The notes: generated from the sequence alone by a model not told the origin. 64,000 bases of DNA from Malacoraja senta (GCA_038087875.1 CM075996.1:6884001-6948000), one strand, 5' to 3'; counted from the stretch's first letter, positions 22,301 to 34,203 are shown. Numbers and translations are program-made.

Positions 22301-24145
22301 ATGATGTTTTATCTAAATCTGTGCCAAATTTCAAGTAGATACCAGACATGGTTCACGAAAGTTAAAATCTAGAGCCCTTTTGGCACCTCGGCCTACTCAC
22401 GGTGCCAGAGACCCAGGTTCGATCCCGACTACGGGCACTGTCTGTACAGAGTTTGTACGTTCCCCCGTGACAGCGTGGGTTTTCTGAGGGTGCTCCGGTT
22501 TCCTCCGACACTCCAAAGAGGTGCAGGTTTGCAGGTTAATTGACTTTGGTAATGATTCTAAATTACCCCTAGTCTGCCGGATAGTGCGAGTGTACTGGGA
22601 TCGCGGACTCGGTAAGCCGAAGGGCCTGTTTTTGCCCTGTTTCTCTAAACTAAAATAAGCTGGAGAAATGGCTACTTCAGAAAGCGTCACTGGATTTTTA
22701 AACATCCAGCTGGGCAGGTGGTTGAGATATCAACCAGGTAAACAAAGCTTCCTTGAACAGCCAGACAATATGTGTAGGAAGGACTCAGCGGGACAGGCAG
22801 CATCTCTGGGGAGAAGGAATGGGTGACGTTTCGGGTCGAGACCCTTCTTCCTTTTCTGAGGGAAGGAGGAATCACAGAGGCGATGAAGTGAGAGAGGATG
22901 TCGCTGAACTCTGGTTGGAGAGAGGGGAACTTCTTCAAAGTATATATACCTTGAGGAGATTTCACGGTGGAGCAGACAAAATGTGAACTGCAGATGCTGG
23001 TTTAAACCAAAGGTAGACACAAATAGCCGGAATAACTCCGCGGATCAGGCAGCATCTCTGAAGAGAAGGAACAGGTGATGTTTCGGGTCTGAAGAAGGGT
23101 CTCGACCTATTCCTTTTCTCCAGAGATGCTGTCTGACCCTCTGAGTTACTCCAGCATTTTGTGTCTATCAGAGGACAGACAATACAATCGAGCCGTTTAC
23201 AGTGTATAGATACATGATATGGGAATAAGGTAAAGCGAGTATAGTCAGATCAAAGATAGTCCGAGGGTCACCAATGAGGTAGATAATAGTTCAGGACTGC
23301 TCGTACCTTGCAGGGCCACAGGCAAGGCTTCCTTCTGAATGCTGGTTGGAGATTTCCATCCCAGTTGCTCACACGCCTCACACAATACCTCAGTCACGCC
23401 CTTTAATACAAGCGATCAGGAAAATTCAAGACTGAACAACATCAATACATCAGTAGAAGAACCCTCCAACTACCTGGGCAGGGACAGCGAAGGAGGGTGT
23501 TGGGAAGGGGAAGGGAGAGGTTGAGAGAAGGCAGTTGGTTTCCAGGGCATTGGGGCTGGAGGAAAACGATTAGAACAGGGGTTGGGGAACCTCAGGAGTT
23601 GGGGAACCTCAGGAGTTGGGGAACCTCAGGGCCAGGGGCAGCCCCCACCCACCCTCCTGCTCCTTGAGGGAGACCCGAGGAGGATTGGACAGGAGGGTTC
23701 TTCTACACAAGCGTCCATCTAACCTCCCCTTCCTCATCTGACCTGTATTCCTCTCTCTCACCTCCCTCACCCCTTCCTCTCCTCTCCATCTCCTCTCCCT
23801 CAACTCCACCCCTTTCCCTCATCTCTTCACCTAAACCCCCCTCCTCCTCCTCTCCCCGCCACTGCTCTAGAGCCCTCATATCCCCTCCTCCCTCATATCC
23901 CCTCCTCTCCTCTCCTCTCCCCTCTGTTACCGGACCCTCCTCTCCATGTGCCCCGGGTCTAGCTCCACCCCCCGACCCTCCGCTTTCCCGGCATCGCCAT
24001 TTACCAAATCCTGGAAACTCTGCGGCTCCGGCATCCTCTCTGCCGCGGCCCCGGGGCTCCCCGGCTGCGGCTGCGGCTCCAGCTCTGGCTCCGGCCTGTC
24101 GTCCCCGCTCCCCGGGTCCGTCTCCTCACCCACCGCGTCCGCCAT
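7306..24145 (-). CDS. DDX47: DEAD-box RNA helicase DDX47 (Rrp3), exons 1-10; terminal exons not found in the window
   Basis: GT-AG exons at 24005-24145, 23307-23400, 21295-21483, 20478-20549, 19782-19900, 17167-17238, 14372-14488, 11381-11527, 9142-9277, 7306-7375; motifs [36 protein letters not shown]. Confidence 0.96.
7620..8200 (+). mobile_element. CR1 LINE 3' fragment
   Basis: Degenerate [32 protein letters not shown] and 3' tail. Confidence 0.8.
8973..9006 (+). ncRNA. Minimal type I hammerhead ribozyme motif in a Penelope-derived repeat
   Basis: ggt-CTGAAGA-a-GGGT(ctcg)ACCC-GAAA-c-GTC-gcc. Confidence 0.7.
9142..9277 (-). CDS. DDX47: DDX47 exon 9 ([46 protein letters not shown]), two apparent 1-nt deletions
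   Basis: 136 nt; motif V restored by adding one base near 9190 and one near 9211. Confidence 0.9.
10735..11156 (+). mobile_element. Rex1/Babar-like LINE 3' fragment
   Basis: [14 protein letters not shown]..; aataaa and (attg)n tail. Confidence 0.65.
11381..11527 (-). CDS. DDX47: DDX47 exon 8 ([49 protein letters not shown])
   Basis: 147 nt, AG/GT. Confidence 0.95.
11939..12158. repeat. Long inverted repeat of Penelope terminal sequence with two divergent hammerhead-like cores
   Basis: ggtagacaaaagtgctggagaaactc..cttcttcagactg / cagtctgaagaag..gagtttctccagcacttttgtctacc. Confidence 0.85.
12685..12965 (-). mobile_element. RTE-like non-autonomous element fragment
   Basis: Shares the end cccc(t)tcggtcatg(g/a)ctgaccatgggtg with 56961-57723; family name from recall. 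Confidence 0.45.
13262..13657. mobile_element. Non-autonomous DNA transposon (MITE), about 34-nt TIR, 6-bp TSD TCCTGA
   Basis: ccaaagatcctata..gcaagataga(t/c)cactc and its reverse complement at the other end; tcctga on both flanks. Confidence 0.85.
14372..14488 (-). CDS. DDX47: DDX47 exon 7 ([39 protein letters not shown])
   Basis: 117 nt, AG/GT. Confidence 0.95.
14598..14941 (-). mobile_element. tRNA-derived SINE of a second family with L2-type tail
   Basis: Head gatggcgcaatgggctaag..ggttcgaatcc, body tgtccttgggcaagacactt, tail gtaaagcgccttgag..aaaggcgctatataaat(att)n. Confidence 0.8.
14960..15400 (-). mobile_element. CR1 LINE 3' fragment
   Basis: [34 protein letters not shown]..; similar copy at 20700-21165. 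Confidence 0.85.
15552..16100 (-). mobile_element. Penelope-like element 3' end (GIY-YIG endonuclease plus terminal repeat with hammerhead-like core)
   Basis: [41 protein letters not shown]; ctgaagaagggtttcggcccgaaacgtt near 15618-15647. Confidence 0.9.
16669..16700 (-). ncRNA. Minimal hammerhead ribozyme motif
   Basis: Minus strand agt-CTGAAGA-a-GGGT(ctcg)ACCT-GAAA-c-GTC-acc. Confidence 0.65.
17167..17238 (-). CDS. DDX47: DDX47 exon 6 ([24 protein letters not shown])
   Basis: 72 nt, SAT motif. Confidence 0.95.
19782..19900 (-). CDS. DDX47: DDX47 exon 5 ([39 protein letters not shown])
   Basis: 119 nt, DEAD motif. Confidence 0.97.
20478..20549 (-). CDS. DDX47: DDX47 exon 4 ([23 protein letters not shown])
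   Basis: 72 nt, AG/GT. Confidence 0.95.
21295..21483 (-). CDS. DDX47: DDX47 exon 3 (motifs I and Ia)
   Basis: [40 protein letters not shown], 189 nt. Confidence 0.97.
21563..22395. mobile_element. Unclassified repeat with (gtca)n, ggtcgggctgtcggc and ggttag sub-repeats; related sub-repeats inverted at 54120-54290
   Basis: Shared sub-repeats and a shared end gcacctcggcc (about 22384 and 54691). Confidence 0.4.
23307..23400 (-). CDS. DDX47: DDX47 exon 2 ([32 protein letters not shown] motif)
   Basis: 94 nt, AG/GT, in frame. Confidence 0.95.
24005..24145 (-). CDS. DDX47: DDX47 exon 1 ([16 protein letters not shown])
   Basis: aagATGG start in CpG-rich DNA, 141 nt, donor gtaaat. Confidence 0.9.
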
Positions 24146-24208
24146 CTTGCCTGTGCTGGCTCTCATTGGGCATGCGCGGACCCCGGTGCCTGCTGGGAGT
24201 TGTAGTTC
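24138..24208 (-). promoter_or_regulatory. DDX47 promoter: ZNF143/THAP11-type ACTACAACTCCCAGCA motif (24191-24206), NRF1-like GCGCATGC, YY1-like AAGATGGCGG over the start codon
   Basis: Motifs read directly, within 65 nt of the ATG in a CpG-rich segment. Confidence 0.75.
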
Positions 24209-27200
24209 CCCATGGCCGGGCCTAACCACCTCCTGAAGATAGACACAAAGTGCTGGAGTAACTCAGCAAGGCCAGGCAGCGTCTGTGGAGAATATGGATA
24301 GACTGAGAGTCAGGGGAGAGGAAGACAAGAGAGGTGAAAAGGTACAAAGAACAAACGGATGGAAGTTATGCAGAAGGACAAATCAAAGTCAGCAGGGATG
24401 ATCAAGGAAAGGTGGAGCCCACAATGGTTCATTGTTGGCTGTGGGGAAGGTGACAGCGGGGCACACAGTCAGTAAAATTAATCAGGTAGACAGTGAAACT
24501 AGTCGGAGTTTGAAATTTGGCGGCACAACGGTAGAGTTGCTGCCTCACAGCGCCACAGACACGGGTTCGATACTGACCTCGGAGTTTGTATGTTCTCCCC
24601 ATGACCTGCGTGAGGTTTCTCTGGGAGCCCCGGTTTCCTCTCACACTCCAAAGACGTACAGGTTTGTAGGTTAATTGGCTTGGTATAAATGTAAATTGTC
24701 CCTGGTGTGTGCAGATGGTATTAATGTGCAGGGATCGCTGGTCGGCGTGGACTCTGTGGGCCAAAGTGCCTGTTTCTGCACTGTCTCTCTAAACTAGGGT
24801 GGGGGAAGAACAGAGGGAGAGGGAATGCAAGGGTTACTTGAAGTTAGAGAAATCGATATTCATACCGCTGGATTGTAAGCTGCCCAAACAAAATATGAGG
24901 TGTTATTCCTCCAATTTGCTTGGGCCTCACTGACCTGAAACGTCACCCATTCCTTCTTTCCAGAGATGCTGCCTGACTGGCTGAGTTTCTCCAGCATTTT
25001 GTGATTATGTTCGGTGCAAACCAGCATCTGCAGTTCCTTCCTGCGCATTTCCTGAAGATAGACAGTGCTGGAGTAACTCAGCGGGTCAGGCAGCATCGCT
25101 AGAGAACATGGATAGGTGATGTTTCGGGTCGTGACCCTTCGTCAGACGGAGAGTCATGACAGAGGGAAACTAGAGGTATAAAAGGTACAAAGAACAAATG
25201 AACAAAAGATGCAAAAGGACAAATTGTCCAATTATGCCTGCAGAGATTTTTTTTTTTAGTTTAATTTAGAGATACAGCGTGGAACAGGCCCTTTGAGTCC
25301 GCGCCGACCAGCGATCCCTGCACATTTACATCATCCTACACACTAAGGACAATTTACAATTTTTACAAGCCAATTAACCTACCAACATGTACGTCTTTAG
25401 AGTGAGGGAGAAAACCGGAGTTCCCGGAGAAAACCCACGCAGGTCACGGGGAGAAACATTTAAGATTATTAAGGGTTTGGACATGCTAGCGGCAGGAAAC
25501 ATGTTCCTGATGTCGCCTAAGTGGGACAGGCCCATAAGTGTGCGTGGAACGCTGGTCGGCGCGGTATCGGTGGGCCAAAGGGCCTGTTTCCACGTTGTAT
25601 CTCTAAAAGTAAAATAATTGCCGGGGAGGCACCTTCACGGTCATGAGGAGTTCCCGCATTCTGGGAGCTAGTCGCAACCTCATTATGTCGCCGTGAATTT
25701 TTCAACATGTTGAAAAATTAGCGGCGACCAGAATGAAGTTGCCATGGAGAGTAGTGAGAATTCTCGTGCCGTAGGTGCAGTGGCAGTGGGTTGCCAGGAG
25801 GTCGAAGGTTGTCGTAGGTTCTCGTAAGTTGTAGCCAGTGCTGACCGGTGAATTTCATTGGTTCATTGGGGAAAAAAAAATGTTAGCAGTAGTTTTCAGA
25901 ACTAAGGATAATCGACCAGTAATGTTAATGTCCGCTGAGCTTCAGAGCTATCTCTGGCTTTTCAAAAGTTGTCTCCACTTCTTCTCTCCCCTTCTCCCCC
26001 CGCCCTTTTAAAGGACTTACATGACCCTTCCCGCACACTGTGCTTTCACCGTCTTAATTACAGCGCCAACCTTCCTGTTCATCGCGGTGTGTGTCTGTAT
26101 CACATTGGCTTTGCACCGTGTGAATTTCACTCAGACAGCGCTCCGCCCGCTTGCCCTGTCCCCCACCTGCATAACGGGCTGGTGAAGGAAGTGATTTGTG
26201 TGTGTGTTGCCTGAAAATTTGCATAAGTGGGACAGGCCCATAACACTATCCTACACACACTAGGGACAAATTACACATACACCAAGCCAATTAACCTAAG
26301 TAACTGCACATCTATGGAGCGTGGGAGGAAACCGAAGATCTCGGAGAAAACCCACGCAAGTCATGGGGAGAACGTGCAAACTCTGTACAGACAGCGCCCA
26401 TAGTCGGGATCGAACCTGGGTCCCTGGCTCTGCAAGCACTGTAAGGCAACAACTTTACAGCTGCACCACCGTGCCGCCGTTCCTTGTTCTCGGCGTCTCT
26501 TCCCACCCACCCCACTGTCTCTCTTTGTTCCCAGCAGTGCGGGCACCCCCCCTCCCCTCAGTTGGAATGAAAGTGACACACCAAGTTATTAAAGGAATAG
26601 ACAAGACGGATCACAAAGTGAATACATTTTTATTTGCATTACAAGCGTAAAGCGAGTCATTCTTGAGTTTGCCATCTCGGTGTCATTTGATTTGGAAGAT
26701 AAGCCCCAGCAATAGCATTGAATAAATGGTCAAACTGGAAGAGGCAGCCTGGGTGCATCAGTGAGGTCCAGAACGACTAGGAATTGGGCAGATTTGGTCT
26801 AGGTTCTCTGCCAGACACCTCGTGAGAGGGGGGACAAACTGATCTGCATTCCATGTAGGAGCAACCCCTACCTCATTCCTTAAAAGGAGAGTTCTGGGTG
26901 GAAAAAGTTCCTTATTCTCAGCATTGGGCAGCACAGGTAGAGTGAATCTCCCTCTACACTACCCCATCACACACTGGGAAGGTGCTACACCCCATATCAG
27001 GGGCAAGAGATTTTTGTTTTAGAGATACAGTGCGGAAACAGGCCCTTCGGCCTACCGTGTCCACGCCGACCAGTGATCCTCCACACTAACACTATCCTAC
27101 ACGCACTAGGGACATCTTTTTTTTAAATTTACCCTTTACATCAAGCCAATTAACCTGCAAACCTGTACATCTTTGGAATGTGGGAGAAAAGTGGAGATCT

Positions 27201-27777
27201 CAGAGAAAACCCAAGCGGTCACGGGGAGAACGTACAAACTCCGTACATGAGCTGCCCCAAACAGGGACAAGAGGAGAAAGAGAGGGAGCATAGTTGTGTT
27301 GGTAAAAGAAAAAATGTCAGGTATAGGAAGGAACTGCAGATGATGGTTTACACCAAAGTTAGACACGAAATACTGGAGTAATTTAGAGGGACAGGAAGCA
27401 TCTCTGGAGAGGAATGGATGACATTACGGGTGCAAATTGGAGGAACAGCACCTCAATTCAACACCATTCATTCTCCCCAGAGATCCTGCCTGTCCCGCTG
27501 AGGTACTCCAGCTTTTTGTCTCTGCCTCTGTAGATGCCCAGTCTGACCTCTTCCTGTGTAGCAACAGAGCAGTAAAGGTGGAAACCGCTCCACACCCAGC
27601 CCATGGACAAGCAAAGAGTTCCAATAATTGACACAAAATATTAAGCAAAAAAGCCCCTTCATTACATAACCCCACGTTTACTTTCTTCTGCTCCCCCAAA
27701 CCAAATGCAGGAAATGTTAATCCGTTCCTCTCCCGGTGTTTAAAGACCTAACGTCGTATACATTCCCCAGAGGATCT

Positions 27778-27926
27778 TCAGTTAGTCAATCTGACGAGCT
27801 GCAGGTCGACATTTCCCTTCACCTTTAGGTAGTGGAACAAGTGTGACCCAGTCCGGTTGGGAAATTTCACAACATGACTCCCCGGGACACGATATTAAAT
27901 TCCTTTCCGTCAAAATTGATGAGAAC
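27778..27926 (-). pseudogene. Galectin copy A last exon (VLINFDGKEFNIVS../..VKFPNRTGSHLFHYLKVKGNVDLQLVRLTN*)
   Basis: FPNR motif; 149 nt versus 150 in copy B; acceptor tttgattg. Confidence 0.85.
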
Positions 27927-29259
27927 CAATCAAAGCAAAAATGGGAAACAAATTAGGGGCAGCACGGTGGCGCAGCGGTAGAGTTATTGCCTCACAGCGC
28001 CAGAGACCTGGGTTCGATCCTGACTACGGGTGCTGTCTGTACGGAGTGTGTACTTTTTCCCCGTGACCTGCATGGTTTTTTTTCCGGGTGCTCCGGTTTC
28101 CTCCCACACTACTTTGTGTCTAGTGTGTGCAGGATAGTGTTAGTGTGCGGGGTTCGCTGGTCAGCGGGAACTCGGTGGGCCGAAGGGCCTGTTTCTCTAA
28201 ACTAAACTGGAAGCGGGAACAGAAGGAATGAATGAATGATGCTTTATTGTCACATGTCACAGTGATATTCTTTGTTTTGCGTAGCCAAGGGAATGCAAAG
28301 TGTCGCCACATAAAGGGCATCGACAAAGTTACAAACTTCCATTTTACACAAACCAATTTAAACACATTCCATTTGTGGTCCCTCTTAGTTCTTGGTGGTC
28401 CCCACCATGCCGGGTCCCCTTTGTTCTCTCACCAGGACCGCAACATCTGAGCAACACAGACGTGGATTAGGAGGCAGAATATGAAATGTAGGAACAAACT
28501 GAGTTTCTATAGACCCTGACCATATCCTGTTCTTGATACCAAGATCCTCATTTGGTCCCTTCTTGCTTTATCCACAAACTATGGGTGCTGTCCGTGTGGA
28601 GTTTGCACTCTCCCCTGTGACCATGTGCGTTTCCTCCGGGTGCTCTGGTTTCCCCGCACATCCCAAAGATGTGCAGGTTTGTAGGTTACATGGCTTCTGT
28701 AAATTGTCCCTAGTGTGCAGGATAGGAACAGTGTACTGGGTGCTCGCTGGTTGGCGTTGGAGTCAATGGGCCTGTTTCCAGGTTGTAGCTCTAATGGCGG
28801 CAGTGGTGCAGCGGTAGAGTTGCCGCCTCGCAGCGCCAGAGACCCGGGTTCGATCCTGACTACGGGTGCTGTCTGTACGGAGTGTGTACTTTTTCCCCGT
28901 GACCTGCATGGGGTTTTTTCCGGGTGCTCCGGTTTCCTCCCACACTACAAAGAAATACAGGTTTGTAGGCTAATTGGCTTCTGTAAAATTGCCCCAACTG
29001 TGGAGGGAGTGGGTGGCAAACCGGGATGACATAAAACTCATGTGAACGGGTGATCGATGGTTGGCGTAGAGTCAATGGGCCTGTTTCTGTGCTGTAGCTT
29101 AGTCAAATTGTAAACTGTCCCTAGTGTGTGTGCAGGATAGTGTTAGTGTGTGGGGATCGCTGATTGGTGCAGACCCGGTGGGCCGAAGGGCCTGTTTCGA
29201 CACTGTATCCCTAAACTAAACTGAAACTAAAACCCATTCACATCAAAACCCACTCTTAC

Positions 29260-29425
29260 CATGAAATTACCAGACTTCTTAAAGGGAAAGTCCATAGTCC
29301 TGATCTCCTCCTGCCATTTGCCCTGATGTCGGCTGTTGAGGGTTATAGTAAGTGGGTCGTCATCAAACCGAGGGTTAAAATGCAGAGCGAGGTTATCAGG
29401 ATCCTGTCCAATATTAGTTTCGAAT
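29260..29425 (-). CDS. Galectin copy A carbohydrate-binding exon (FETNIGQDPDNLALHFNPRF..LNS..WQEEIR..FPF..FM)
   Basis: 166 nt, phase 2-0; H-x-N-x-R, N and W-x-x-E-x-R residues intact. Confidence 0.93.
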
Positions 29426-32243
29426 CTGCAACTAAAGTAGATCAGACTTCATTAACCGCCTCCTCCACACAACACAAGAACTTGGTCTCAACCATTATCC
29501 GAAAAGCTCCAAGAACAGCGTCGCGGTGGCGCAGCGGTAGAGTTGCTGCCTCACAGCGTCACAGGCCCGGGTTTGATCCCGACTACGGGTGCTGTCTGTA
29601 TGGAGTTCGTACGTTCTCCCCGTGACCTGCATGGGTTTTCTCCGGGAGCCCCGGTTTCCTCCCACACTCCAAAGACGTACAGGTTTGTAGGTTAATTGGC
29701 TTGGGTAAAATTGTAAATTGTCCCTCGTGTATGTAGAATAGCGTTGTTGTGCGGGGATCGCTGGTCTCCGAGACCTTCGGTTACCTCCCACAATCTAAAA
29801 GCGTACAGGTTGGCCGGTTAATTATTTGTTTAAATTTGCTTGGTATAAATGTAAAATTGTCCCGAGTGAGTGCGGGGATCGCTGGTCGGTGCGGACTCGG
29901 TGGGCTTAAGGGCCATTTTCCGCGCTGTTGATCGAAAATTAAAAATTAAAACTAAAATAGCTCCAAGATCAATTTGGATGCAAAATAGTTTTTAAACTGT
30001 CTGAGGCACTGAGCACTTTGGATTAAAAAAAAACAATTGTTGGAGGAACTCGATTAGTTTAGTTTAGAGACACAGCGCGGAAACAGGCCCTTCGGCCCAC
30101 CGAGTCCGCACCGACCAGCGATCCCCACACACTAACACTATCCTACACATACTAGGGACAATTTACATTTACACCAAGCCAATCAACCAACAAACCTGTA
30201 CGTCTTTGGAGTGTGGGAGGAAACCGAAGATCTTGGAACTAACCCACGTGGTCATGGGGAGAACGTACACACTCTGTACACACAGCACCCAATAGTTAGG
30301 ATCGAACCAGGGTCTCTTGTGCTGTGAGACAGGAACTCTACCACTGCGTCCCTGTACTGCCCTCGGATTAGTACGGGTGTCAGGGGTTACGGGGAGAAGG
30401 CAAGAGAATGGAGTTAAGAGGGAAAGATAGAATATTGATTGAATAGCGGAGAGACTTGATGGGCCAAATGGCCTAATTCTGCTCCTATGAATTATGGGCA
30501 TGAACACAATAATTAAGCAGCGTCTGTGAAGCCACAAAAGATGGTCAATGTTTCAAGAGGGAGACGTCCAGTATAAGGAGGTGAAAGCACATTGAATAGT
30601 CAGGAATAATATTTGTAGAACATAAAGCATGGCACAGTACAGATCAGGAACAGGCACTTTGGCCCACAATGTCCATGCCGAACATCATGTCAAGATCAAC
30701 TAATCTCATCTTATCCCTATCCCTCCATTCCTTTCCCACCCATATGCCGATCCAAAACCCTTTTACACACCACCATCCTCATATCTACCTCTACCACCAC
30801 CCCTGGCGGCACGTTCCAGCCCAGGCACTCACCACCCTCTGTGTAAAAAAAAACTTGCCCCGTACATCTCCTTTAAACTCTGCCCCTCTCGCCATAAAGT
30901 TGTGCCCTTTAGTTTCTGGCATTTTCACCCTGGCACTCTACCCTATTTCTGCCTCTCATAGTTTTATATACTTCTACTGGGTCTCCCTTCAACGTTCCAG
31001 AGAAAACAATCCAACTCTGTCTAACCTCTAATAGTTAACACCTTCTAATCCACGCATCATTCTGGTTAAGTGCGCAAGGACAGGGTTCTCTGGCGCTATG
31101 AGGCAACAGTTCCACCAACTGCACAACCGCACCACCAAAGTGACATAGACTTCAGCAAACAGAGAGGGCACAGAAGATCTGTATTGCATTTAGTTTACTT
31201 TAGTTTAGAAACACAGCGCATAAACAGGCTCACACTGAATTATGTGAAAAGAAAACCCACATTTAAAATTGTTAATTAATTTTTCCCTCCACCCGTGTTC
31301 ATTGGCAATCGTGCAGAAGATGCGATGTCACGTTGCGAAAAGTCGAGACCTTCCTTTGGAACGCAATCCCCCTAACACGAGGGGTCACGTGTATCGTAGG
31401 GGAAGGTTTAGTTTAGCTTAGTTTAGAGATACAGCACGGAAACAGGCCCTTCAGCCACCGACTCCGCGCAGACCGGCGATCCCCGCACACACTCAACACT
31501 ATCCTACACACACTAGGGACAATTTACCATTTTTGAAAACCAAATCCAATTAACCTACACGCCTTTGGAGTGTGGGAGGAAACCGGAGCACCCAGAGAAA
31601 ACCCACGCAGGTCACGGGGAGAACGTACAAATTCCAAACCGATGGTACCCCATAGTCAGGATCAAACCCGGATCTCTGGCGCTGTGAGGCCGTGACTGTT
31701 CCGCTGGGCCACCGCTCTGGTGTTCAGAGGAGAATTGGTCAGGGCAAGGCTAGAGATGGAGGCCACAGGTATCTGCTGTGGGTGCGGGGGAGGGGTGCGG
31801 GCATCGGAAGTCTGGCATCGCTGGAGTTGGCAGGACGGGGAGGAACAAACATAGAAACATAGAAAATAGGTGCACGAGTAGGCCATTTGGCTCTTCGAGC
31901 CAGCGCTGACATTCTTTATTCAATGTGATCATGGCCGATCATCCTAAATCAAGACTCCGTTCCTGCTTAAACCTCATATCCCTTCATTCCTTTAGCCCTA
32001 AGAGCTAAATCTAACTCTCTCTTGAATACATCCAGTGAATTGGCCTCCACTGCCTTCTGTGGCAGAGAATTCCACAGATTTACAATTCTCTGGGTGAAAA
32101 GGTCTTTCCTCATCCCAGTCCGAAATGGCCTGCCCCTTATTCTTAAGCTGCGACCCCTGGTTCAGGACTCCCAGAACATGGGGAACATTTTTCCTACATC
32201 TAGCCTGTCCAAGGAGGAAAACAGACGATGATTCATCTCTTAC

Positions 32244-32323
32244 CTCTGCGATACTTTTCTGACCTTTCCTCGGACTTCTAGAGAGCCAAGAGGTGCCAGT
32301 ATCATATCCTGTAATATCAGCTC
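32244..32323 (-). CDS. Galectin copy A exon 2 (ELILQDMILAPLGSLEVRGKVRKVSQR)
   Basis: 80 nt, phase 0-2, as in galectin-1 exon 2; acceptor ttcccacag, donor gtaaga. Confidence 0.85.
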
Positions 32324-32544
32324 CTGTGGGAAGGAAAAACTTCCTGAGATGGCAATATTAACATCGAAAATAGGTGCAGGAGTAGGCCATTCGGCCCATT
32401 GAGCCAGCACCACCATTCAATACGATCATAGCTCGATCATCCCGCAAAGGGCTCCAATCCGGCGCACGGGATGATTTGGAGTAGCTCAGCGGAACAGGCG
32501 GCATATGCGCCAGAGGTGAGAATGAACATTTGACAATTTACCTC

Positions 32545-33160
32545 CCCCCTTGACTCCATTCAAGGGCCCAAGCAGTCTTTCCATGTGCGTCAGAGGTTCA
32601 CCTGCACCTCCTCCAACCTCATCTATCGCATCCGCAAGGGCCCAAGCAGTCTTTCCATGTGCGTCAGAGGTTCACCTGCACCTCCTCCAACCTCATCTAT
32701 CGCATCCGCTGCTCCAGCCCTGCATCAGTCCGAAACGTTGCTTATTTCCTTCGCTCCATAGATGCTGCCGCACCCACTGAGTTGCTCCAGCATTTTTGTC
32801 TACCTCCGCTGCTCTAGATGTCAGCCGCTCTACATCGGTGAGACCAAGCGCAGGCTTGGCGATCGATTCACCCAACAGCTCCGCTCGGTTCGCAATAACC
32901 AACCTGATCTCCCGGTGGCTCAGCACTTCAACTCCCCCTCCCATTCCCAATTCGACCTTTCTGTCCTCGGCCTCCTCCACGGCCAGAGGGAGGACCACCG
33001 TAAATTGGAGGAGCAGCACCTCACCTTGGGCAGTTTGCACCCCAGCAGTATGAACATTGACTTCTGTAATTTCAGGTAGTCCTTACTTTCTCCCTCCCCT
33101 TCCCAGCTCTCCCTCAGCCCACTGGCTCCACCTCTTCCTTTCTTCTTCCCGCCCTCACAT
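32545..33160 (+). mobile_element. Penelope-like GIY-YIG fragment; its terminal repeat resumes at 34211
   Basis: [31 protein letters not shown]. Confidence 0.85.
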
Positions 33161-34203
33161 TAGGTATGTTACAAAACTTACCTTCAGCGGCGCTGCAGTT
33201 CTGCCACTGCCCGTGTGCGTGACTTTGGCGCCTTTGAGAGGGGGGCGGGTTTAAAATGCGATATTTCGGCAGCTTATTCAAATCGATGTCTGTCAGGTAA
33301 ATTAGCTGCTAAAGAAAAATCGCTTTGACTGCCGTTTTATTAAGTTTATTAAAATTAGCGCTGGATAATTAAATTGTTGGAGTAAAATTAAAATCATCTT
33401 CAAATGCCGTCAACGCCGACAACTGGGACGGATTTCACGCACGGGACAAGGCAAGGTATGCCGTTTATTTTTTCATATAAACTTGCTTCTTAGGATGCCC
33501 TTAATCAAAATTTCTTGTTGCGAAAATGTGACTATGCGAATATACCAACCGGCAGTATTTTTCCTGCCGATATTGGGGTTTAATTTACTGCAACCGCAAC
33601 GTTCCAAACCAGCGCGTTCCACAAAAACCCACTCGCAAGATGATTTAAATGCCCGTTAATTTACAGGAATTAAACACTAAATTCCTTCCATTTGGCCTAT
33701 AAATTCATGACAAAGATTTAAAAATAATGTTATATTGTGAATTATTGAGTGAATGTTATTTGGACACTTAGGCTTTTTAAAAATGTTAACCTTTTCTTAA
33801 GAAATGGATAGATGTTTAGATCTAATAATTGAATTTTGTAATTAGCTACAATTGGGTAACTAACTAATTATATGCTTTAATTTCAGGTCATCCAAGTAAG
33901 ATTGTTTCATATTTGGTTCAGAATGCTTCAATCTATAATAACTGAAAATTTCATTCAGTTCTCTTAATTTTTAAGAAAGTTATGGGCTTTTGACTGTCCT
34001 CGATCACAGCATTTGTGTTAAGTCAATGGAAAAGCAATAGGGAACAAGATGCTAATTTCCGAGTATGAAAATGGCCATCACTATTTTAATACTGAAGATA
34101 TGAAAGTGAATTAGGTGTCAAATTAAACTTCTTTTTATGCTTTATCTGATGGGATAAATTGCAAACTTGATTTTTTAAATCTCAAAATTTTGTAACATTG
34201 CTA
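33161..34203. mobile_element. Non-autonomous TIR DNA transposon, 7-bp TSD CTCACAT, nested in the Penelope copy
   Basis: Ends taggtatgttacaaaa / ttttgtaacattgcta; ctcacat at 33154-33160 and 34204-34210. Confidence 0.8.

Noticed and set aside
7306..24145. DDX47 as a pseudogene
   Set aside because: All splice sites, motifs and promoter are intact; lesions are only single-base deletions near a gap
24146..24229. N-terminal extension of DDX47 suggested by the ORF track
   Set aside because: Overlaps promoter motifs; aagATGGCG at 24145 fits the usual start
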